A DNA stretch of 64,000 nt from an uncultured Eubacteriales bacterium. Lineage in GTDB: Bacteria; Bacillota; Clostridia; Christensenellales; UBA1242. This document shows, one piece after another, positions 9,767-16,960 of this stretch; positions within the stretch are counted from its first letter, which is position 1; every line of letters begins with the position of its first letter. The translations under genes and the position numbers were made by a program. Under the pieces are notes generated by a model that made no database searches, was not told the DNA's origin, and saw only the letters and a program-made list of their open reading frames with translations. The stretch is from NCBI GenBank assembly GCA_948806215.1, contig CAQIDI010000002.1:12968-76967 (forward strand), in the 5' to 3' direction.

Positions 9767-10038
9767 TTTTGGCTAAATTTTGGTTAGATTAAATAAAGTT
9801 TTAAAAAGTCAATTTAATTTTTAAAATTTTTAAAATTTTTAATTATTAATTGCAAATAATAATTATACAAACCTAGTGGCTTAATATGATAACTTATAAA
9901 TAATTTTTTGAATATTTATGCCAAGCCAAAAAAAATTGAATAAAATTGATTTTTTTAAAAAAATTTTTAACATTAAATACCTAACTGGAATAAATAATTA
10001 ACAATTAAAAAAATCCAAAACAAATTTTTAAAAAAGTC

Positions 10039-10067
10039 TTTTAATTTTAAATTATCTGTGCTACAAT
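10039..10067 (+). promoter_or_regulatory. extended -10 promoter of the aspS leader
   Basis: TGcTACAAT at 10059-10067 with a weak -35 TTTTAA at 10039-10044 (17-nt spacer). Confidence 0.45.
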
Positions 10068-10120
10068 ATTTTTAGTATCCACTTTAAAGTGGCTACAAAT
10101 TAAAAGGAAACACTTAAGTT

Positions 10121-10180
10121 ATGAAATTTATTTTTGTTGATAATAACAATAATAATAATAATCTAAACATAACACATTAG
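10121..10180 (+). CDS. putative leader peptide MKFIFVDNNNNNNNLNITH (Asp plus seven consecutive Asn codons)
   Basis: ATG is preceded by AGGA (10105-10108). Codons 7-14 are GAT AAT AAC AAT AAT AAT AAT AAT. Followed by the terminator at 10216-10257. Not in the ORF track because it is short. Confidence 0.55.
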   Translation: MKFIFVDNNNNNNNLNITH

Positions 10181-10215
10181 AATGGGTTTTCTTTTTATTT
10201 GCTTTGTTAAAAAAC

Positions 10216-10257
10216 ATAACACTTGAAAGGTTAAACTCCGTTCAAGTGTTATTTTTT
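10216..10257 (+). terminator. intrinsic terminator (attenuator) between the leader ORF and aspS
   Basis: 12-bp perfect stem ATAACACTTGAA / TTCAAGTGTTAT (10216-10227 with 10241-10252), then TTTTT. It lies upstream of the aspS SD (AAGAGG 10275-10280). Confidence 0.75.
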
Positions 10258-10290
10258 AATTTAAAATAAAAATCAAGAGGTTATAAAAAA

Positions 10291-12027
10291 ATGAGTACTT
10301 ACAGAACACACACATTAGATAAAATAGAGGAATCGGTAATTGGATCGCGTGTTACTCTTTCGGGCTGGGTAGCAAGCATTCGTGACCACGGCGGAATTTT
10401 GTTTTTAGACCTTCGTGACCATTATGGAATGGTGCAAGTGGTTTTAAAAGATGAAACAATGCTAGAAGGCGTTTGTCGTGAAACAGTTATTATGGTGGAA
10501 GGCGAAGTTATTAAACGCGCCGAAGCCGACTACAACGAAAAACTAAAATCTGGCAAAGTTGAATTAAAAGCCGAAAAAGTAACAATTCTTGGTAAGAGCA
10601 AAAACATTTTGCCTTTTGAAATTGCCGATAGCAAATCGGTTAACGAAGATACCAGATTAAAATATCGTTACCTAGACCTTAGAAACCCATTAATGCAACA
10701 AACATTAAAACTTCGTAGCGATTTAACTTACGACCTTAGAACTTGGATGCGTGAACTAGATTTTACCGAAGTTCAAACACCCCTACTTTCCTCCTCTAGC
10801 CCAGAAGGTGCACGCGACTTTTTAGTTCCTAGCCGACTACACAAAGGTTGCTTTTATGCTTTACCACAAGCACCACAACAATTTAAGCAACTGCTTATGG
10901 TTGCCGGAATGGATAAATATTTTCAAATTGCGCCTTGCTTTAGAGATGAAGACGCCCGAGCCGACCGTTCTCCTGGAGAATTTTATCAATTAGATATGGA
11001 AATGAGTTTTGCTACGCAAGAAGATGTTTTTGAAGTTATGGAAAACATATTATATAAAGCTTTTAGCAAATATGGTAAATTTCCAATTAGCAAACCACCT
11101 TTTGCACGCATTCCTTATAAAGAAAGTATGTTAAAATATGGAACTGATAAGCCAGACCTTAGAAACCCAATTATTATTAAAGACTTAACTAAGGTTTTCG
11201 AAAAAACCGAATTTGGTGCTTTTAGCGGAAAAACCGTTCACGGTTTTGCAATTAGTTGTGCTGGAAAATCTCGTAAGTTCTACGATGGATTACAAGATTA
11301 TATCTTATCACAAGGTGCTAAAGGTTTAGCTTGGGTTGCTTATCAAGCAGATGGAACTTTAAAAGGTCCTATTATTAAATTTATATCCGAACAAGAGCAA
11401 GCCGATTTAATTAAGGAAACCGAAGCTAAAATTGGTGATGACATTTTCCTAATTGCAGACGAAGAAAAAATGTGCAACAAACTTTGTGGTTTGTTTAGAA
11501 CTGAAATTGCTAAACAACTTGATATTATTAAAAAAGATAGCTACGAATTTTGCTGGATTATTGATTTTCCAATGTATGAGCTAAACGAAGAAACTGGAAA
11601 AATAGATTTTTGCCACAACCCATTTAGTATGCCTCAAGGCGGACTTAGTGCCCTTACAGAGAAACAACCATTAGATATTCTTGCTTATCAATATGATGTT
11701 GTTGTTAACGGAATTGAACTTTCAAGCGGTGCTGTTAGAAACCACGACCTAGATATTATGGTTAAAGCTTTTGAAATTGCTGGTTACGATGAAGAAACCA
11801 TCAAACAAAAATTTAGTGCTTTATATGAAGCATTTAAGTATGGTGCTCCTCCTCACGCAGGCATTGCACCAGGGCTTGATAGAATGTTAATGCTATTATT
11901 AGATGTTCCATCAATTAGAGAAGTTGTTGCTTTCCCACTAAACTCTAAAGCAGAAGACCCTATGATGAAGGCTCCAAGTGCTGTAACTGAACAACAACTA
12001 CGCGAAGTACACATTAAAATTAGATAA
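10291..12027 (+). CDS. aspS: aspartyl-tRNA synthetase, bacterial type
   Basis: 578 aa with an N-terminal OB fold, QAPQQFKQ, motif 2 FRDEDARADR, a large insertion domain typical of bacterial AspRS, and motif 3 GLDRMLML. Confidence 0.95.
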   Translation: MSTYRTHTLDKIEESVIGSRVTLSGWVASIRDHGGILFLDLRDHYGMVQVVLKDETMLEGVCRETVIMVEGEVIKRAEADYNEKLKSGKVELKAEKVTILGKSKNILPFEIADSKSVNEDTRLKYRYLDLRNPLMQQTLKLRSDLTYDLRTWMRELDFTEVQTPLLSSSSPEGARDFLVPSRLHKGCFYALPQAPQQFKQLLMVAGMDKYFQIAPCFRDEDARADRSPGEFYQLDMEMSFATQEDVFEVMENILYKAFSKYGKFPISKPPFARIPYKESMLKYGTDKPDLRNPIIIKDLTKVFEKTEFGAFSGKTVHGFAISCAGKSRKFYDGLQDYILSQGAKGLAWVAYQADGTLKGPIIKFISEQEQADLIKETEAKIGDDIFLIADEEKMCNKLCGLFRTEIAKQLDIIKKDSYEFCWIIDFPMYELNEETGKIDFCHNPFSMPQGGLSALTEKQPLDILAYQYDVVVNGIELSSGAVRNHDLDIMVKAFEIAGYDEETIKQKFSALYEAFKYGAPPHAGIAPGLDRMLMLLLDVPSIREVVAFPLNSKAEDPMMKAPSAVTEQQLREVHIKIR

Positions 12028-12060
12028 CAAATCTTAAAAATATTACTTTAATAAAAAATA

Positions 12061-12088
12061 AAAATAACCACCATTTCGGTGGTTGTTT
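12061..12088. terminator. bidirectional terminator between aspS and the GT2 gene
   Basis: AACCACC-atttc-GGTGGTT flanked by an A-run and a T-run. Confidence 0.75.
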
Positions 12089-13393
12089 TTAATTATTAAC
12101 ATTTTGTGATTCGATATCTTCAATATTTCTTGAATCGGTGTGCGGAATTTGTTTCCATTTAACTTTTTTAAATAGTGCAACAATCGAAATAGGAAGATAT
12201 GAAAACATAAACACTGGAAACATTAAAGAATGTTTTATTTTTTGCCAGAATGTTGTTTTAACACGCTTACGTTCGCTTATTAAAATCAACATTCCATAAG
12301 CAAATAATAAAGCATAGAAAATTGCAATGGTTGATAATAATCCCGCTAAAATTGTTAAAATCGGAACTGGAGCACCTGGTGCGATTTTTGATGTGAATGT
12401 GTAGAATGCACCATATATAATATAAATTATGTTCCAAAAAACAGTTATTGCCGAGAATGGGAATATCATTATCATCATTTCGTAACTTGCAAATCCGTTA
12501 CGAGTAAATAGCGATGCAAACAATGCCAAAAAATAACCAACAAAACATTGATAAAAACCTTTTTGCCAACGCATGCGTTGATTCCAACTTGCTTTAAAAG
12601 TTGTTGGCTGTTCATCGTAGAAAATTGCATCGTCGCAATATGTAACTTTTTCGCCACAAGCAATGTTATTTGTGCTAAATTCTATATCTTCGGTTAAAGT
12701 TGTGTATTTCCAACCAGTATCAACATTTAATATTTGTGAACTAACTGTAAAACCTGTTCCCGAAACAAAGGTACTGGTGTTAAGCAATGCACGAGGAGTG
12801 TGTATAAATCTGCACTCTCTTAAAAAAGCCATACCTGTTGTTGCTGAAACCCAATTGGTGTTAAAGTTTTTAGAGTTACGATAACTTGTTATTATTTTAG
12901 AACCGTTATCAAAAGCTTTGTTAACCTCTAAAACATAGTTTTTATCTAGCAAGTTATCAGCATCAAAAATCATATAAGCATCGGGAATGTAATCTGGAAA
13001 GTCTTGTTTTATTTTTTCAAGTAAAAAATCTAATGCGTAACCCTTACCGACAACTTCTTTATTAAAGCGTTCGTAAACAGTGCATTCAACTTCTGGATAC
13101 TTTTGAGCTGCTTCTCTTGCCACATTAGCTGTGCTATCGGTGCAGTTATCAGCAACCATAAAAATTTTTAGTTTGCTTTTGTCGTAGTTCTGTGTTTGAA
13201 TACTATTTATTAACTGACCAATAACTTTTTCTTCGTTACGCCCTGCAATTAAAACAGCATAGGTATGATCTTGTTTGGCTTCTGGAAATTTCTTTTTAAA
13301 AAATAAGCCTATAGCACCCAAAACAAACTTATAGGAAAATAACACAGTAAATGTTATAGATATTATCAAATTTATAATTTCAAGAATCTTCAT
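12089..13393 (-). CDS. membrane-embedded processive family-2 glycosyltransferase (polysaccharide synthase-like), paralog 1
   Basis: 434 aa with an N-terminal TM, motifs FDADN, LTEDIEF and QRMRWQKG (Q-x-x-R-W), and C-terminal multi-TM. Confidence 0.85.
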   Translation of the reverse strand: MKILEIINLIISITFTVLFSYKFVLGAIGLFFKKKFPEAKQDHTYAVLIAGRNEEKVIGQLINSIQTQNYDKSKLKIFMVADNCTDSTANVAREAAQKYPEVECTVYERFNKEVVGKGYALDFLLEKIKQDFPDYIPDAYMIFDADNLLDKNYVLEVNKAFDNGSKIITSYRNSKNFNTNWVSATTGMAFLRECRFIHTPRALLNTSTFVSGTGFTVSSQILNVDTGWKYTTLTEDIEFSTNNIACGEKVTYCDDAIFYDEQPTTFKASWNQRMRWQKGFYQCFVGYFLALFASLFTRNGFASYEMMIMIFPFSAITVFWNIIYIIYGAFYTFTSKIAPGAPVPILTILAGLLSTIAIFYALLFAYGMLILISERKRVKTTFWQKIKHSLMFPVFMFSYLPISIVALFKKVKWKQIPHTDSRNIEDIESQNVNN

Positions 13394-13434
13394 AATTATA
13401 TTATGTTACCCTTTTAAATTCACTTAGCTTATCT

Positions 13435-13463
13435 ATTATAAAATATCCCCCCCCCCGCGTCAA
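13435..13463 (-). promoter_or_regulatory. promoter of GT2 paralog 1 with a homopolymeric G10 tract in the spacer
   Basis: Minus strand TTGACG-C-G10-ATATTT-TATAAT. The -35 is 13463-13458 and the -10 is 13440-13435, with a spacer of exactly 17 nt. Confidence 0.7.
13447..13456. repeat. C10/G10 homopolymer (candidate slipped-strand contingency tract)
   Basis: Ten consecutive C on the given strand. It is the only long G/C homopolymer I found in this AT-rich window. Confidence 0.9.
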
Positions 13464-13581
13464 ATACTTTACAAACAAAAATAAACTAATATTTTTTATA
13501 AATTACATATTTATTTTATTATTTACAAAAACCAACAAAAACATATAAAATAGGCATTAATTTTTTATTTTGTTTTTTTAC

Positions 13582-13616
13582 AAAAAAAAGAGCAACATTT
13601 TATTGTTGCTCTTTTT
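13582..13616 (-). terminator. intrinsic terminator after GT2 paralog 2
   Basis: GAGCAAC-loop-GTTGCTC flanked by an A8 run and a T-run. It separates the two GT2 genes into distinct transcription units. Confidence 0.75.
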
Positions 13617-13629
13617 GTTTTATTAAATT

Positions 13630-14997
13630 TTATTCGTTAACAACTGTTGTACTATCAGAATTATTTTCGCTGTTATCAGCATTAGCTTTTAAAACAACAA
13701 CTTCGCTACCACCAGTTTCGTTTAGAGTTTCAAAATCAGTTGTGTCGTCGTGTGGAATTGTTTTCCAGCCACAATTTTTATTAAATACTGCCACAACATC
13801 AATTGGGAATTGTAGTAACAAAAATAGTGGCCAAACCAAACTCATAACTACTTTTTTAAAGAAACTAACATTTTTAATTCTCTTGCGTTCCAAAATAAAG
13901 ATAACAATTGCACTTAACAACCCCGTTGCATAAGTGGTTACACTAACAAACAACATTCGTTTTAACCATTCAAGCAAAACTGGTCCTAAACTTATACCAA
14001 ACAATGGTGAAAACAATAGCATTATAAATTGTAAAATACTAATGGTTGTTAACACTAAGCAAAATGGCATAATGTTAATTAAAATATCGTAAGTGGAAAC
14101 TTTGTTTTTCTTTTTAAACGAAAATAAACTTTTTAAAAGTTCTTTTGTTTTTTGTAAATATACTAGTAAGTGCCCACGGCTCCACCTAACACGCTGACGC
14201 CACATAACTTTAAAACTGGTTGGTTGTTCATCGTAGAACACAGCTTCGTCACAATATTTAATTTTTTGACCTTTTAAAATTTGATCAGCTGTAAATTCCC
14301 AATCCTCGGTTAGTGTAACATATTTCCAGCCATCCTCAACCAATTTTGAATTTATAACATAACCTGTTCCTTGAACACGGGTGGAACAATTTAAAACAGT
14401 TCTTCCGCGACTTTCAAGCCTACATCCAATCATGAAATACAAACCATACATGCCTGAAATTATGTTACTACCAAAGTTTTTAGAATTTCTAAACGATGTT
14501 ATAACATATTCACCATTGCAAGAATCAAAGGCATCGTTCATTTTTTCAAAATAATCGGCACTTAAAATATTATCGGCATTAAACAAGAAAAAACCATCGT
14601 AACTATTAATGCCATAATCTCTTTTAATACATTTAAATAAATGCCTAAACGCATAACCCATTGTACATTCGTTTGGATTATTATATTCATAAACAGTTGC
14701 ACCTAATTCTCTTGAAATTTCGGCAGTTTTATCGGTGCAATTGTGTGCTATAACAAAAACATGAAGTTTATCTTGCGGATAGTTATTTTTATAAATACTT
14801 TTAATTAAATTACCAACAACCTTTTCTTCGTTTCGTGCTGGAATAATAATGCCATATTTTCGTTGTGTTTTTGCTTTTGGATATTTTTTGTAAGCAAAAA
14901 TTCCCACAATAGAAAAAAATATAAAATGAAAAACTAATAACGAACAAAATGCAAATATACATCCAAAAACAATATCAATTATTTGATTATATGCCAT
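13630..14997 (-). CDS. membrane-embedded processive family-2 glycosyltransferase, paralog 2
   Basis: 455 aa with FNADN (Asn replaces the first Asp of the DxD-like motif), LTEDWEF and QRVRWSRG, C-terminal multi-TM and an acidic/Ser-rich tail. Confidence 0.85.
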   Translation of the reverse strand: MAYNQIIDIVFGCIFAFCSLLVFHFIFFSIVGIFAYKKYPKAKTQRKYGIIIPARNEEKVVGNLIKSIYKNNYPQDKLHVFVIAHNCTDKTAEISRELGATVYEYNNPNECTMGYAFRHLFKCIKRDYGINSYDGFFLFNADNILSADYFEKMNDAFDSCNGEYVITSFRNSKNFGSNIISGMYGLYFMIGCRLESRGRTVLNCSTRVQGTGYVINSKLVEDGWKYVTLTEDWEFTADQILKGQKIKYCDEAVFYDEQPTSFKVMWRQRVRWSRGHLLVYLQKTKELLKSLFSFKKKNKVSTYDILINIMPFCLVLTTISILQFIMLLFSPLFGISLGPVLLEWLKRMLFVSVTTYATGLLSAIVIFILERKRIKNVSFFKKVVMSLVWPLFLLLQFPIDVVAVFNKNCGWKTIPHDDTTDFETLNETGGSEVVVLKANADNSENNSDSTTVVNE

Positions 14998-15050
14998 TTG
15001 TTTATTTCTCCCCTAAAAAATAAATAAAAACCCATTTAAAGGTTCAATAT

Positions 15051-15079
15051 ATTTTACCATCAATCCTCCACAGTGTCAA
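15051..15079 (-). promoter_or_regulatory. promoter of GT2 paralog 2
   Basis: Minus strand TTGACA (15079-15074), a 17-nt spacer, then TAAAAT (15056-15051). SD is AGGGGAG before the ATG. Confidence 0.6.
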
Positions 15080-15200
15080 TTATTTTACATTATTCGACAA
15101 AGTTTGCTTAATGTTTAATTGTTTTTTAAAAAAATATAATATAAATTAAACAATACTATTTTAAAATTATTAAAAAAATAATTTTTATCTTAGCCTTAAT

Positions 15201-15231
15201 AAAAAAAAGAGCGTTTATTTCGCTCTTTTTA
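15201..15231 (-). terminator. intrinsic terminator after the metallophosphoesterase gene
   Basis: AGAGCG-loop-CGCTCT flanked by an A8 run and a T5 run. Confidence 0.75.
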
Positions 15232-16848
15232 TTAAAATTTTGCTTCGAAGCATGCACTAGGAATCCATTTTCCTGTTTCAAAGTCGCGACCTAAAACCAT
15301 AACCTTGTCTTCGTAAACTTTAATGTAGTAACCTTGTGAACCTTTTAAATACTCACCTGTTGGAATATAGTAACTGCTCCATAAATATGCAACTGAGGCA
15401 GTGTTAAACACATTTGGTAATTCACTATCTTTAGCATGCATTGACCCTCTTGTGTTTAAATCCCAGTGACTATGTCCATTAAACATATAAATTTGTGGAT
15501 ATTTTTTTACAATCGCGCGTAACTCACTATCCTGTGTTACACCATCCCAACCCTGACCTTCAAAGCTTCCGGCAATAGTGTTGTAAAGTGATTGATGTAA
15601 ATAAACAAACACAGGTTTATTAGGTTCGGCTGTTGTAATTTCGTTTAACCTATTATCAAACCAATCTAATTGGTCTTGTTCAAGCCACGCATCAACTCCA
15701 CTATATAAGTTAGATTGGCTACCTAAGAAAATGTGGTTATAACCGTTAATTTGTTTTTCGTAGTAAACCGAATCGGTTTCGGCATACTTTTTAAAATAGC
15801 CAACTTGGGTGTTATAATCGCCAAAATATAAATCATGATTTCCAAGTGAATAATAAATGTTTGGCATTCCATTAACAGAATTTGCTATATTAATTGCTTC
15901 TTGCCATTCGTTTTCTCTGCCAGAATTAGCAATGTCACCAACAATAATAACACCGTCGCTATTGCTGTTTGAAACAATATCATTACACATATCTAAATAA
16001 TGCTTACTATGCAATGTTTTTGCATCGGAACTTGCTAAATGTGTATCGGCTAATGCAATATGAATATCGCTTACAACTTGAAACTCACTAAGTGGTGCTT
16101 CTAACTCATCATATTGGCAACCCTGAGGTAAATTTATTTCAGCATAGCCTTCACTAATTCCAACGTTATTATAACAATAAGCAATAAGTTTAGTTGCATT
16201 GTGTGGAATTATTGTGTTTTCGTACATATTAAATGTTGTAGGGTTTCCATTGACTCTAAAGGTTGCTAGGTTTGTGTAATCGGTTAAAATTCCGTTTTCA
16301 TTAGCCCAATATAACATAATATCGGAAGCATGATAACCAGATTGTAAATAAACTTTAACTTCACCATTAGCCAAGCCCGACGAAGTATTTGCAATGTTAT
16401 ACTCAATCTTTGTTGGGGCTTGTGGTGTTGTAAGTTTATCCTTAACAACAACAAATGGAGCTATTTCTTTAATATTATTTTCGGCATCGAATAAAATTGC
16501 ATTATATGCCCCTGCCGGAAAATTTCTATATGCTTGACGACTTTGGTTAAAAGTTGCTGCACGTTGAAGTGAATAGGTATTACCAGAAATAAATCCATTG
16601 CGGTTAACCCAATACCATCTAATAGATTCCACTTCAGAGATATTATCAGTAACTCTATAAACGCCAACCCAATTAGATTCGTCCCCTTTAGCAGTTATTA
16701 AAATTTCTTCGTTTGTGTAGTACTTTGCTTTATTAGTTTTTATTTGTCTTTCTGGTAATATAATGTTTACACAACCCGACAAACAACATAAACATAACAA
16801 CAATAAAACAGAAGCCAATGCACATAAACTTTTTAACTTTGTTTTCAT
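15232..16848 (-). CDS. surface lipoprotein with an N-terminal beta-sandwich-like module and a C-terminal calcineurin-like metallophosphoesterase
   Basis: 538 aa with signal peptide and lipobox LSGC. Motifs are SDIHI, GDIANSG, GNHD, LHQS and GHSHW. The N-terminal module carries a WVGVY motif. Confidence 0.8.
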   Translation of the reverse strand: MKTKLKSLCALASVLLLLCLCCLSGCVNIILPERQIKTNKAKYYTNEEILITAKGDESNWVGVYRVTDNISEVESIRWYWVNRNGFISGNTYSLQRAATFNQSRQAYRNFPAGAYNAILFDAENNIKEIAPFVVVKDKLTTPQAPTKIEYNIANTSSGLANGEVKVYLQSGYHASDIMLYWANENGILTDYTNLATFRVNGNPTTFNMYENTIIPHNATKLIAYCYNNVGISEGYAEINLPQGCQYDELEAPLSEFQVVSDIHIALADTHLASSDAKTLHSKHYLDMCNDIVSNSNSDGVIIVGDIANSGRENEWQEAINIANSVNGMPNIYYSLGNHDLYFGDYNTQVGYFKKYAETDSVYYEKQINGYNHIFLGSQSNLYSGVDAWLEQDQLDWFDNRLNEITTAEPNKPVFVYLHQSLYNTIAGSFEGQGWDGVTQDSELRAIVKKYPQIYMFNGHSHWDLNTRGSMHAKDSELPNVFNTASVAYLWSSYYIPTGEYLKGSQGYYIKVYEDKVMVLGRDFETGKWIPSACFEAKF

Positions 16849-16960
16849 TTTTATCTCTCTTTAACTTTGCTAAAATTAATAAATTTTTTAAGCAAATTTT
16901 ATTTTACTGGTAAAAATGTAATAGCCACAATATTTTTTTAAAATAATTTATGGTTACTTA

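Noticed and set aside
9770-10056. A long, extremely AT-rich spacer with short tandem motifs (AAAATTTTTAAAATTTTTAA) and one DnaA-box-like GTATCCACT at about 10075. I considered a replication origin or an unrecognised repeat element.
   Set aside because: There is only a single degenerate DnaA box, no dnaA or dnaN nearby, and the repeats are low-complexity A/T runs expected in such DNA.
10068-10290. A T-box riboswitch upstream of aspS (and of aspS2-asnS at 28870-29049), and an M-box upstream of mgtE (1085-1371).
   Set aside because: I looked for the conserved T-box 14-mer (AGGGUGGNACCGCG-like), a specifier-loop architecture and M-box core motifs, and none are present. The leaders are also too short. 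A covariance-model scan would be the decisive check.
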